This document shows, piece after piece, positions 45,524-56,394 of a stretch of DNA of 64,000 bases (within the stretch, counting starts at the first letter, position 1; each line of letters starts with the position of its first letter). The translations under genes and the position numbers were made by a program. Under the pieces are notes generated by a model. It did not search any database and was not told where the DNA came from. It saw only the letters and a program-made list of their open reading frames with translations. The stretch is from Opitutales bacterium (GTDB lineage Bacteria > Verrucomicrobiota > Verrucomicrobiia > Opitutales > JABSRG01), in the NCBI GenBank assembly GCA_049599475.1, contig JBMYOQ010000005.1:64001-128000 (forward strand). Reading direction: 5' to 3'.

Positions 45524-47413
45524 ATGCCACTCCTTACCTTACGTGACATATCGCTTTCCTTTGGCGGCCCTCCCTTACTCGATAATATCTCATTCTCTAT
45601 CGAGCCGAGGGATCGTATCTGTTTGGTCGGGCGTAATGGTGAAGGGAAATCTACCCTCATTCGCGTCATTCTGCGCGAGCAGGATGTGGATGCTGGAGAA
45701 TTTGAAAGCCCTGCATCGGTAAAGACTGCACTGCTCTCGCAAACAATTCCTGAGAGTATCTCTGGGAGCGTATTTGAGGTGGTTGCTGAAGGTTTTGGTG
45801 AATCTGCTAAGACGAGTGCCGCCTATCATCGCGCGGCGCATCGTGTTGCAGAGAATCCCGATGATACAGAAGCCGCTGACCAACTCGAAGCACTTCAGTC
45901 CGAAATGGATAATACCGATGGCTGGACGGTAAATCATCAGGTCGAGAAATTGCTCAGCCAGACCGAGCTCGATCCCGATGCGGAATTCGATTCTCTGTCC
46001 GGTGGACTCAAGCGCCGAGTGCTTCTTGCCCGCGCGCTGGCGAGCCAGCCGGATATTTTGCTCCTGGATGAGCCGACCAACCATTTGGATATCCCCTCTA
46101 TTCAATGGATGGAGGAATTTTTGGAAAAGCTTGATGTGGCTATCTTGTTTGTCAGCCACGACCGTGTGTTTTCCCAGAAAATCGGTCAGCGTATATTCGA
46201 TCTAGACCGTGGAACTCTGATTATTTTTAATTGCGATTTTAATACGTATTTGGACCGCAAGGACGAACTACTTTCTAACGAAGTGCGCAATCGTGAGCTC
46301 TTCGATAAGAAGCTTGCTGAAGAGGAAGCGTGGATACGGCGGGGCGTCCGCGCGCGGGGTACGCGGAACCAAGGGCGAGTGAAAGCCCTCAAGGAACTGC
46401 GAAAAGAACGTGGTGCTCGTCGCGATCAGCAGGGCTCGGCTCAGTTTCAAATTTCCTCGTCGGGTCAGTCTGGGAACAAGGTAATTGAAGTAAATGACCT
46501 TTTCTTTAGTTGGGACGGCAGTCCGCTATTCAAAGATTTTAGCACGACCATATGGCGTGGAGATCGTATTGGAATTGTCGGGTCAAACGGTTCGGGGAAA
46601 ACCACATTGATCGAACTCTTACTCGGAAGGTTAAAACCCGAGTCGGGAACGGTGAATCAGGGAACTCAACTCGAAATAGCCTATTTCGATCAACTGCGCG
46701 ACCAGTTGGACCCCGAGAAGACTGTTGCAGAGAATATCGTAGATGATGGAGAGTTTGTGAGTCTGCCGACAGGGAAAAAGCATGTCATCTCGTATCTCGA
46801 AGACTTTCTCTTCACGAAAGATCGTGTGCGCTCACCTGCCAATCAACTCTCTGGAGGGGAACGCGCTCGGCTGCTGTTAGCGAAGCTTTTTCAAAAGCCA
46901 GCAAACCTCCTGATTCTGGACGAGCCTACGAATGATTTGGATGTCGAGACCGTCGATTTACTAGAAGAGCTCATTGCTAATTTCGCGGGCACCATTCTTG
47001 TGGTCAGCCACGACCGTTCTTTCTTAGACAATGTAGTTACGGCGACCTTTGTCCTGGAAGGCAAGGGGTGTGTCGGCGAATATGTTGGCGGCACCGAGAC
47101 CTGGCTCGATAGACTCTCTCCGAAGAAAGCAGCCCCGAAACCTAAGGCCGAGAAACCCAAATCAAAGTCTGAAAAGCCGCGTAAAATGCTCAACCGTGAG
47201 CGGCGTGAGTTCGAAGAATTGCCCGGCAAAATCGAAGAACTCGAGACTGCGCAATCTGAACTCGTAGAGGCCATGGCTGGCGCCGACTTTTACCAAAGTG
47301 GCGAAAATACCCTGGAATCCGCCAGTGCCCAACTCGCGGCATTAGAAGAGAAGATCGCCGAAGCCTATGCCCGGTGGGAAGAGCTTGAAGCCTTAGCTGA
47401 TGCGAGTGCTTAG
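45524..47413 (+). CDS. uup: ABC-F family ATPase Uup
   Basis: Two ABC domains (GRNGEGKS, GSNGSGKT, DEPTN), ARGTRNQGRV linker and C-terminal YARWEELE. Confidence 0.9.
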   Translation: MPLLTLRDISLSFGGPPLLDNISFSIEPRDRICLVGRNGEGKSTLIRVILREQDVDAGEFESPASVKTALLSQTIPESISGSVFEVVAEGFGESAKTSAAYHRAAHRVAENPDDTEAADQLEALQSEMDNTDGWTVNHQVEKLLSQTELDPDAEFDSLSGGLKRRVLLARALASQPDILLLDEPTNHLDIPSIQWMEEFLEKLDVAILFVSHDRVFSQKIGQRIFDLDRGTLIIFNCDFNTYLDRKDELLSNEVRNRELFDKKLAEEEAWIRRGVRARGTRNQGRVKALKELRKERGARRDQQGSAQFQISSSGQSGNKVIEVNDLFFSWDGSPLFKDFSTTIWRGDRIGIVGSNGSGKTTLIELLLGRLKPESGTVNQGTQLEIAYFDQLRDQLDPEKTVAENIVDDGEFVSLPTGKKHVISYLEDFLFTKDRVRSPANQLSGGERARLLLAKLFQKPANLLILDEPTNDLDVETVDLLEELIANFAGTILVVSHDRSFLDNVVTATFVLEGKGCVGEYVGGTETWLDRLSPKKAAPKPKAEKPKSKSEKPRKMLNRERREFEELPGKIEELETAQSELVEAMAGADFYQSGENTLESASAQLAALEEKIAEAYARWEELEALADASA

Positions 47414-47965
47414 CTCGGGAAAGCCTTCATTATTAGAGAGGTTTTTTGGATGCATGCGGGGCTGACGGCGGGATTTGGCGAGGGCGCTGACCTCGACCTC
47501 TAGACGGTTTCTCAAAATCAATTTCGTAAAGGAGGGAGAGGCATTGTTCTCAATGTCCACTGCAATCGATTCTGCGGACGCTGAGAACAGTGGACGTAGG
47601 CATGCCTCCGTCGAGAACAGAGTCTCTCCCGGAAAACTCACGATCATAATTTGAGCTCCCATTCTTCGAAAGTGTGGATTTATCAGAGGGGTCCAATGCT
47701 TTTCTAAACGAGGTAGAAACAACCGGAATGTCAATGAACCTTGGAGAAACAGAATATGCTGTCACTGTTGCTTTGAATGAAATTTTTTCTGTAAGGATTT
47801 GCGTTCGAGAGACACTAGAAGGTGTGCGGAAAACGTATTTCTTCATCGAAGTTGAAACGTTTTATTTTTGTCGGCATTTGTTTAATTTATCACCAAAGCG
47901 ATCTGCTCCCCGTATGCGTCATGCAGTTTCGTCCCTCTAATCACCCAATTTACTCTGTCTCTCTG

Positions 47966-50913
47966 ATGCAGCTCACACTTGTTGCGTTCTGGCGCCATGT
48001 TTTCATCCCTAGACGTCGTAGCTGCGTTAAGCTCCTGGCTTGCGCACTGGCTGTTTGTTCAAACACTGTTCGTGGCGAAACAATCGATTTTGAGCAGTCG
48101 ATTCGTCCTATTTTTGAAGCATCTTGTTTTCAATGTCATGGTCCGGAGAAAAAGAAAGGGGTCTACGGCTAGATATACGGGAGGCTGCCCTTGAAGGAGG
48201 CGATAGCGGTGAACCAGCTTTTGTCCCTGGGGACCCTGAATCCAGTGAGCTTATTTTTATGGTGTCCCTGCCCGCGGATGATTTCGATTTCATGCCTGCT
48301 GAGGGTGACCCGCTGACCAAAGCTCAGATCCAAACCCTGTCAGATTGGATTGAGCAGGGAGCCTCATACGGCACTTATACGGGCGAGGTTGAACCGAAGG
48401 ACGTGCAGCCTATAGATGTTCCGGCGCACCTCGCATTTCTTGGAAAGCATTGCTACGATTGTCACGACGGGACACAGAGTGAGGGAAACCTGAATCTGGA
48501 GGCGCTTGGTTTTGACTTTGAAAACCGAGAGACGTTGAAGCGGTGGGAACTGGTGTTTGATCGGATCCATCACGGAGAGATGCCTCCAGAGCAGAAAGAT
48601 CGGCCCGACTCTGAAGAAACGGATGCATTCTTGAGTCTCTTGGGGGGAGAGCTTGAAGACGCCGAACGCGCTCACCAGGAAGTTGACGGTCGCTCTGAAT
48701 TGAGGCGCCTAAATCGATTTGAATTTGAGAATACGCTGCGCGATACACTCGATGCTCCGTGGCTTATGGTTGCCGACGAGTTGCCTGCAGATGGCACGTA
48801 TCAGTTTTTTAGTAAGTCGAGTCGCAGTCTGGAGATATCCCATGTTCAAATGCTGAAATGGCTGGATGTTACGCGCGATGCGCTGCGCCTTGCTGTCGAC
48901 GCTGCAGCTTGGCCTTCTGAAACAAAGCGCGTGTATGCGCGCCAAGCTATGCGTCACGACGGTCGAGGTATGCGCGCTAGTTTGCCCCTTCTTGGCTGGG
49001 AGACTGATATCGCGGCAATGACTAAGAAGAAGGGGAGCCAATCTGAGCTTCACGAGCTGGAGGCCGTGGCATCCTTTTATGGGGCGCACCCTGCCTTGCC
49101 GCGACACGATTTTCGAGCTATCCGACCGCCCATCGATGGACAGTATCTAATTCGAGTAAATAGTTATTCGATGGCCGCTGGGAATAATGGATATCCCGGT
49201 AATGGCTTAAACAAGGCAGCTCCTGTTAAGCCTGAGCAAGAGCAGCACCAGTGGTATCGGCCAGACCGATACAATATACAGCCCTCCGATCGTATTGAAC
49301 CTGTCACTCTGTACGCTGTGCACTCAAGTGGTGAATCTCGGCCCATCGCCTCATTTGATACGGGGCCCCAGCCGAATATTTCAGAGAGCTTGGTAAGCAT
49401 GCGCAGCGAGGAGTACTTGCGACCAGACGGAGCGCGCCTGGTGCGTTTGAGACCCGGATTTGGCGGAAATAAGAATGTGGAAAATGACCGTATACCTGGT
49501 TGGGCGATACGCTGGGTGGAGATCGAAGGTCCAGTCACGGAAACCTGGCCACCTAAGTCTTACAAGGCTCTGTTCGACGACTTAGACTTTGTCGAGAACG
49601 ATAAACGCGTGGAGGTCTTGTCAGAGAGTCCAGATGCGGACGCATTAAGGCTAATTCAGCGTTTTGTGAGCAAAGTAAGTAATGGGCGTGGTGAAAACTT
49701 GGATACGGTCGATTACGGTGTGGCGATCTATCATCAAGCTCGTGATATGGGGCAAAGCTTTACGGATGCAATGTTAGAGGCATTCGCGGTTGTAATTTTA
49801 TCTCCCGATTTTCTCTATCTGAATGCACAACCTGGGAAGTTGGATGGTCCTGCAATGGCAGAGCGCTTATCTTATTTTCTATGGAATGGACCTCCTGACG
49901 CGGCTCTACTTGAAGGCCTTGCTGGGGGTGCCGACGCGGATGTATTGAAACGAGAAATGGATCGTATGCTAGCAGACGAGCGCGCGGACCGTTTTATCGA
50001 GCACTTTCTCGATCATTGGCTCAACCTAAGAGATCTAGATGATACAGTTCCAGATGTCCTGCTGTATCCTGACTACTTCCTCGATAGCCATTTGGTGGAG
50101 TCGGCTCGATTGGAAGCGCATCTGTTTTTCAAAACTTTGATCGAGGAAAACTTATCTGTGCGGAATTTTGTGGATTCTGATTTTACCTTTCTCAATGAGC
50201 GCCTTGCAGAGCATTATGAAATACCATTTTCGGGCGAATCAGGTGCGCTCGTGCGGACGGAACTGCCGAAGAATTCACCCCGAGGTGGATTCCTCACGCA
50301 GGCTGCATCCTTGAAAGTTTCGGCAAATGGCACCACGACCTCTCCGGTATTGAGAGGGCTGTGGGTGGCTGAGCGTATCATGGGGCGCCATATTGGGGCG
50401 CCACCCTCGGGGATTGAAGCGATAGAACCTGATACGCGGGGTGTGGTCACTATCAAGCAGCAGCTTGGCAAACACGTGGCTTTTAGGTCCTGTGCCTCCT
50501 GTCATGAGAAATTCGATCCCCTAGGCTTTGCCCTGGAATCTTTCGATGTGATGGGAGGGTTCCGGGAAAGCTATCGTTCTTTGAGTGATACCCGAGAGCC
50601 CGTACACGGCTTTGGAATGAATGGGCATGCCTTTAAGTTTAGTTACGCACACGGCGTTGAAAGCGATGCTGTATTGGATGGCGAATACGCCTTTCAGGAC
50701 ATTCACGAACTGAAAGCGATACTCTTGGAGAAAGATCGCAAGGTCGCCGAAACCTTCCTCCACCGACTCGTAATGTATTCTACGGGAGCGCGCGTATCCT
50801 TTGCCGATCGTGCTGAGATAAACGCTATATTAGATAAGCATGAGCCTGCCGGTTATCCGGTGAGGGACCTTATGTTTGAATTGATACAGAGTGATTTATT
50901 CGCGCGAAAATAA
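47966..50913 (+). pseudogene. Planctomycete-type cytochrome c / DUF1587-1595-1592-1588-1585 protein, split by a frameshift near 48158-48161
   Basis: Frame 1 ends CFQCHGPEKKKG and frame 2 resumes GLRLD; further CYDCH, MPP, LRRLNRFEFENTLRD, ERLSYFLW, TSPVLRG and CASCH motifs. Confidence 0.8.
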
Positions 50914-50932
50914 TTTTAAACGAATATTTTGT

Positions 50933-52264
50933 ATGACCCCAAAAATTACATCTAACATATCAGGTCGACGCCGTTTTCTTCGAGCGTCTGGTGTCGTGTG
51001 CGCCCTCCCGTTTTTGGAATCCGTGAAACCCTTGTTTGCTGGGCCTGCTTCACTCGCCCCTGATCTGACTCGGGCTCCCAAGCGATTTATTGGGATATGT
51101 AATAATCTTGGGTTTCTACCAGATCGTTTCTTCCCATCATTTGAGGAGGGGGCCTATCAAGCATCTCCCTACCTCGAGCAATTCTCGGAGTTGGAAGGAC
51201 GGTTTACAGTATTGGATGGTGTGTCACATCCAGGGGTAAATGGTTCCCATAGATCCGACGTTTGTTTTTTGACGGCGGCTCCTGGGCCTGGAACGGGATC
51301 ATTCCGCAATACCATATCGTTCGATCAGTATTTGGCGGGGCAGTTTGGATCCGAGACGCGGTTCCCCTCGATGACATTGGGGGTCAATGCGAAGCCAGGT
51401 GAGCGCAGTTTGTCATGGACGCAGTCTGGAGTCTTGATCCCGTGTACCTCTATCGCAGCCGATGTCTATCGCAGCTTATTCCTCAAAGGCAGCGATGCCG
51501 AAATTGAGGCAAAAGTGAATGATTTGCGCTTAGGCCGCAGTATGATGGACTTTTTAATGGGGGCTTCGAATCGCTTGAAACGGGATATCAGCAAACGTGA
51601 CAAGGAGCGCCTCGACCAATATCAAACCGCGATTCGAGATGTCGAAAAACGCCTAAACGAGAACGAAGCTTGGGCGCGCAAACCGAAACCGGTTGCGCCG
51701 ATTCCTGAGCCGACGGATCCGGAAGATCGCGGTGCTTTTAATGACAAGACACGCTTGATGCTCCAGATGGCCAAGCTGGCCTTTGAGACGGACTCGACGC
51801 GCTCGATCTCCTTGTTGTTGGATGCTAATGGGACTCCAGCGATTTCGGACTTGGAAGAACATCACGTGCAAGTGGATCAAAGCTATCACAATTTATCTCA
51901 CCACGGAAAAAGGGACAACAAACTCTCGCAGCTCGAAGCCATCGACAATGCGCAGCTTCGTGAGTTGCGAGATTTCTTGAATGACCTGAGCGCTGTCGAT
52001 GAAGGCGACGGGGATTTGCTCGAGAATACGACCGTGATGTATGGGAGCAATTTGGGGGATGCGAACAAGCATACCACAACCAATATGCCCATGCTTGTCG
52101 CTGGTGGTCGCTTCAAGCACCAGAATCTCCTCCAATTTGACCGGAAAGACAACTATCCGCTACCAAACATTTTCGTAAGCATCCTCCAGCAAATGGGGCT
52201 TGAGGCAGATGCGTTTTCTACCGGCAAGAGCACATTGACCGGCTTGGATATTCGGGGCGCGTAG
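50933..52264 (+). CDS. DUF1552 family protein with Tat signal
   Basis: RRRFLR...ALPFLES, DQY.A, RFPS, IRDVEKRL and HNLSHH; usual partner of DUF1592 proteins. Confidence 0.88.
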   Translation: MTPKITSNISGRRRFLRASGVVCALPFLESVKPLFAGPASLAPDLTRAPKRFIGICNNLGFLPDRFFPSFEEGAYQASPYLEQFSELEGRFTVLDGVSHPGVNGSHRSDVCFLTAAPGPGTGSFRNTISFDQYLAGQFGSETRFPSMTLGVNAKPGERSLSWTQSGVLIPCTSIAADVYRSLFLKGSDAEIEAKVNDLRLGRSMMDFLMGASNRLKRDISKRDKERLDQYQTAIRDVEKRLNENEAWARKPKPVAPIPEPTDPEDRGAFNDKTRLMLQMAKLAFETDSTRSISLLLDANGTPAISDLEEHHVQVDQSYHNLSHHGKRDNKLSQLEAIDNAQLRELRDFLNDLSAVDEGDGDLLENTTVMYGSNLGDANKHTTTNMPMLVAGGRFKHQNLLQFDRKDNYPLPNIFVSILQQMGLEADAFSTGKSTLTGLDIRGA

Positions 52265-52287
52265 TGCGTTTTTAACGACGTTCTATC

Positions 52288-52950
52288 TCAACTCTTCCAT
52301 GCCACGAAGCGATATGCGCCCATCAGGGTTGAATGGGTTTTCCATGTCCATTGCGTAGGGTCGAGTCCCAACAGCTCAGGTAATTCGTCTCCGCGAAAAC
52401 CGCTTTCTACGCTCACTTTTGCATCGTGGTTAGACACGTAGTTGGTGCCGAGTAGTCGGGTCAAAGGGAGAAGAGTAAGGCTCAAGCGGCTGCGTGCAGT
52501 CTCATTGAAGATTAGCAGACGTGCGTGCTCATTGATTGATTTTCCCACTGCCCGTAGGAGGTCCTCTTCGAATTGATGGAGAATCATATTTCCGATCACG
52601 ATGGGGTGCTCGGCAAATGCGCGGGTCTCTAGGATGTCTTCTTGAATCCACCCCCATGTCTGGGGCCAAGAATCGGGGCGGCTCCAGAGGTCCAGCCCAG
52701 ATATGCTGTGCTCAAGGAGTTTAGGGTATCTTTTGGCCAAAAACGCGCCGAAGCTGCCGTCACCTGCGCCCAGCTCGAGTATGGGCTCTCCGGCATTCTT
52801 GGATTGCTGCAAGGTCTTCGCAACCCAGCTAAAATTGCCCATCAACGCATTGAAGATTCTCAAGTCGCGACGGTTGTGCATCGCGTCCGGGTGGCCCTCG
52901 GGCAGGCTATCGAGGATTTCCGGAGTGAGGGTACGCTTCAGTGTCGGCAT
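52288..52950 (-). CDS. SAM-dependent methyltransferase domain protein
   Basis: PEILD, LELGAGDG, ILHQF and HDAKVSV. Confidence 0.82.
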   Translation of the reverse strand: MPTLKRTLTPEILDSLPEGHPDAMHNRRDLRIFNALMGNFSWVAKTLQQSKNAGEPILELGAGDGSFGAFLAKRYPKLLEHSISGLDLWSRPDSWPQTWGWIQEDILETRAFAEHPIVIGNMILHQFEEDLLRAVGKSINEHARLLIFNETARSRLSLTLLPLTRLLGTNYVSNHDAKVSVESGFRGDELPELLGLDPTQWTWKTHSTLMGAYRFVAWKS

Positions 52951-53058
52951 ATTTGAAAGCGAAGAAGGGATTCATTATGAAGGCAAGAATCCTATGTTCT
53001 CCCACTATTTTTTACATTTGCTCTGGCTTTGGCCGGGGAGCGGCTGTTGCTTGCGTCT

Positions 53059-53658
53059 ATGCATTGGTACGAAAACGAGATCCAGGCGCTCGAGCGTGAA
53101 AAGAAGCCCCTGATTCGAAACGGCGAAACGGTCGTATTCTATGGGAGCTCGTCGATACGCCTCTGGGATTCGCTGGAGTCTGAATTTCCCGGCTATCATG
53201 TCCTGAATATGGGATTTGGCGGTTCGACATTGGCCGGCTGCGGGTGGTTTTTCGATCGGATGCTCGGGGATGTGCAGCCCAAGGCATTAGTGCTCTATGC
53301 GGGGGATAACGACCTTGGCGATGGCCGCCACCCGGAGGAAATCTATCTCTTTTTCGAGGCGATACATGGCTATGTCCGCGCTTATCTGCCCGATATGCCC
53401 TTCACCTTTATCTCGGTAAAACCGAGTCCGGTGCGTATGCATTTGGTCCCCAAAATGAAAATGCTCAATGAATGGGTCGCTCAAAGTCTGGAGCCGACTC
53501 CGCACGAAACCTTTGTCGATGTCTTCAATCCAATGATGAATTGTGGTCAGAATTTACAAACGCTTTACACAGATGACGGCCTTCATATGAACTCCAAAGG
53601 CTATGATATCTGGAAATCGGTGCTAATGGAGCATCGAAACACAATTTTTGGTGGATGA
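53059..53658 (+). CDS. SGNH/GDSL hydrolase
   Basis: FYGSSSIRLW, GFGGS, YAGDND and DGLHMN; start taken at MHWYE. Confidence 0.9.
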   Translation: MHWYENEIQALEREKKPLIRNGETVVFYGSSSIRLWDSLESEFPGYHVLNMGFGGSTLAGCGWFFDRMLGDVQPKALVLYAGDNDLGDGRHPEEIYLFFEAIHGYVRAYLPDMPFTFISVKPSPVRMHLVPKMKMLNEWVAQSLEPTPHETFVDVFNPMMNCGQNLQTLYTDDGLHMNSKGYDIWKSVLMEHRNTIFGG

Positions 53659-54380
53659 ATCGAGAGTATTATCAATGGCACAGTAAGTTCCTGGACAGAA
53701 ACATGGAGCTGCTGATCTTCGGCCATGCAGGAGCCCGAGTTTTAGTCTTTCCTACGCGAATGGGGCGTTTCTTCGACTTCGAAAACTGGCGTCTTGTCGA
53801 CGCTCTTGGCGACCATATTCGGAACGGTTGGGTGCAACTGTTCTGCGTCGACAGTGTGGACGAGGAAACCTGGTATAATGACTGGGCCCACCCGCGGGGA
53901 CGCGTCGACCGCCATCTCAACTATGAGAAGTATATCATAGAAGAGGTCCTGCCGCTCACTCGTTATAAGAACCGCGATATGTCGATGATCGCCTTGGGAT
54001 GCAGCTTCGGCGCCTTTCACGCCATGAATATTGCACTGCGCCATCCCAAGCACTTTGGCCGTGTGATCGCCTTGAGCGGCCGCTATGATGTGACTCTCGA
54101 TGTCGAGGATTTTCGCAACTTGATGAACGGCTACTACGACGAGGATGTGTATCTCAACAATCCAAGCCACTTCTTGCCGAACGCCGACGGGAAATACTTG
54201 GAAGAGCTGCGCAATCTAGAAGTCACCATTGCCGTGGGTGAGCACGATCCGTTTGTTCACAACAATCATGAGTTCTCGGAAATACTCGGGCAGAAAGGGA
54301 TCCCACATAGTATCGATATTTGGCCAGGTAGGGCGCATCGTGCGCGATTCTGGCGACAAATGCTACCGCACTACATCTAA
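53655..54380 (+). CDS. Esterase family (alpha/beta hydrolase) protein
   Basis: FGHAG..VLVFPT, GCSFG nucleophile and ALSGRYD. Confidence 0.85.
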   Translation: MNREYYQWHSKFLDRNMELLIFGHAGARVLVFPTRMGRFFDFENWRLVDALGDHIRNGWVQLFCVDSVDEETWYNDWAHPRGRVDRHLNYEKYIIEEVLPLTRYKNRDMSMIALGCSFGAFHAMNIALRHPKHFGRVIALSGRYDVTLDVEDFRNLMNGYYDEDVYLNNPSHFLPNADGKYLEELRNLEVTIAVGEHDPFVHNNHEFSEILGQKGIPHSIDIWPGRAHRARFWRQMLPHYI

Positions 54381-54456
54381 GGAAAAACAGGCTTTCCTTC
54401 TTATTTTTTTAACGAGGGCTTGACCACCTTCCGATGCGATAGGATTACTTGTCGTA

Positions 54457-54897
54457 ATGGGTGCGAAAAAGACTGCTGTGCGTCGCCGGAGACCGGTGCA
54501 ATTTTCAGAATCTGACTTTGAAGTGCGCGATAGCTCGATACCGAATATTGGTAAAGGCCTATTCGCTCTGCGCCTGGTGAGACCGGGTGACACGATTGGT
54601 TCTTATGTCGGGAAAATCATTGATGACTCCATGGCGGAAGAAGAGCCCTATGTCTCGTCCCGCTATCTGGTCTATGTGTGCCAAGATTACTGGATTGAGG
54701 GGCAGATCGATGGAAACTACACCCGCTTCATCAATCATAGCACGAAGCCCAATGCGGAGCTGGTTACATCCGTGCGCTGGAAGACCGCTCGTATCAAAGC
54801 CCTCAAATTGATCCGCCCAGGGGATGAGATATTCTTCGATTACGGCGAGGATTATTGGGAAGCTTTGGAAAATGAGCTAGAGCCCGTCGAAAAGTAG
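54457..54897 (+). CDS. SET-domain protein (putative lysine methyltransferase)
   Basis: GKGLFA, RFINHS.KPN and EIFFDYG. Confidence 0.93.
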   Translation: MGAKKTAVRRRRPVQFSESDFEVRDSSIPNIGKGLFALRLVRPGDTIGSYVGKIIDDSMAEEEPYVSSRYLVYVCQDYWIEGQIDGNYTRFINHSTKPNAELVTSVRWKTARIKALKLIRPGDEIFFDYGEDYWEALENELEPVEK

Positions 54898-55015
54898 ATT
54901 CTCGGCTGGGTATTAGATTTTATGTTGGTCCAAAGTGAAAAGTTCGGTGCTCTGGAAAAAATAGAGTTAAATCCTGAAAGAATTTTGAGTTCGGCGACGT
55001 TCTTTCTTTTGAGAT

Positions 55016-56374
55016 ATGGAAGATTCTCAGCGATTCTGGCTTGGTAGAGCGCGCCGATTGGCAGCGCGGGTAAACTTTTTCCTCTGGGTAGAGGGATGGT
55101 TACTGGCCGGTGTTGTTGTTCATATCGCTTATGCCGCCGGAGTCCTCTGGATGCGATCATCGATGGATTATTCGATGTCCTCAATCTGGTTGGGTTACGC
55201 GGGGCTGATTATCGTGCTTGCGATTGCGGCCCTGTGGCGTTGCCGGGGAAAATGGTACACCGTTCAGGCGGCACTCTCGCGCTTGGAGGTGCATCACGAA
55301 TTGTATGGTCAACTCAGTGCAGCGAATGAGGGCAAAGCGGAGTGGCCCGCGCGTGGAGAGAGTTCGGGGTCCGTTCAATACCGATCGACCAATGGGCAGG
55401 TTTGGTTCGGCCTCAGTCTTTTATTTTTTGTCATAGCTTTGTGGATACCTATTCAGAAACAGGTGAAAGATGTGTTCGCTCCGGATATCGAGACTCCGCC
55501 CGATATGACGACTGTCGAAATGTGGCTCGAAGTCTTGAAGGATGATCCCTCTATTGACCAAGCGGCGCTTGAGGACATCGAAGATACTTTAGAGACTCTT
55601 GAAAACGAGGACCCCGCATCCTGGTATGATCAGGCGTCTTTGGAAGCGGCCAGTGCTCTGCGCGAGCAATTGGAATATTCTCTGGATGAACTGCAGGAAA
55701 AATTAGATCTCGCCAACTCGGAGCTCGGCAAAGCTCTTGAAAGGATGGAAGGCGATACCCAGCAACTAAGCTTGGGTAAGGAGGCAATGAATGCTCTCAG
55801 TGAACTTCCAAAAGGTGCAATGCCCTGGAGGGATTCAATTCTTGAGCAATTGACCTCGGGGCAGAACCAAGGCCCTATGAGCTTGGATGCGGAGGCTATG
55901 GAGTCGTTGAGGCAAAGCATGTCGCGGAGCCAAAACACAGCTCAAACCCTTTCGGATATTGGCACTATGCGCCGCCTGAGCGAAGAGGAAATGCAGCAGC
56001 TTCTCGCCCAATGCCAATCAACTGGACCCGGCGGGGAAGGGGATTTGCCTGGTAGTGGTGGGGTGGCTCGAGGTCCAGGGACGGCGCCGCTACTTTTTCG
56101 CCCCGATGACCTCCCCTTCATGCCAGAAACTTTTGAGGGTGTGTCCAACTCTGACTTATCGCGTGCATCCATCGGAGAGACGATTGATACGAAAGTTGTA
56201 TCCATGAATGACCGACAGGACGACGAAATTGAAACAGGCCTCCTGGATAGCAGGTCTGCACTAGACTCAGGTCAGGGGGGCACCGCTACGTGGCAGCAGA
56301 GCCTGACGCCTGCTGAAGCTCAGCGATTAAAGAAATTTTTCAATCGAGACACTCCGCCCGATCCTAATCCTTAA
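55016..56374 (+). CDS. Membrane-anchored coiled-coil protein, first gene of the MoxR operon
   Basis: Three TM segments, an acidic helical region and a GSGGVARGPG Gly-rich motif. Confidence 0.7.
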   Translation: MEDSQRFWLGRARRLAARVNFFLWVEGWLLAGVVVHIAYAAGVLWMRSSMDYSMSSIWLGYAGLIIVLAIAALWRCRGKWYTVQAALSRLEVHHELYGQLSAANEGKAEWPARGESSGSVQYRSTNGQVWFGLSLLFFVIALWIPIQKQVKDVFAPDIETPPDMTTVEMWLEVLKDDPSIDQAALEDIEDTLETLENEDPASWYDQASLEAASALREQLEYSLDELQEKLDLANSELGKALERMEGDTQQLSLGKEAMNALSELPKGAMPWRDSILEQLTSGQNQGPMSLDAEAMESLRQSMSRSQNTAQTLSDIGTMRRLSEEEMQQLLAQCQSTGPGGEGDLPGSGGVARGPGTAPLLFRPDDLPFMPETFEGVSNSDLSRASIGETIDTKVVSMNDRQDDEIETGLLDSRSALDSGQGGTATWQQSLTPAEAQRLKKFFNRDTPPDPNP

Positions 56375-56394
56375 GATTGCCTATAATCTCTCCT

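Noticed and set aside
47414..47965. About 550 nt with short overlapping ORFs on both strands and an 8-bp inverted repeat (gtccactg/cagtggac)
   Set aside because: No recognisable protein motif or convincing RNA structure; left unannotated.
52288..54380. Methyltransferase plus two esterases as a secondary-metabolite cluster
   Set aside because: No PKS, oxidoreductase or ligase is nearby, and the methyltransferase is divergent from the esterases.
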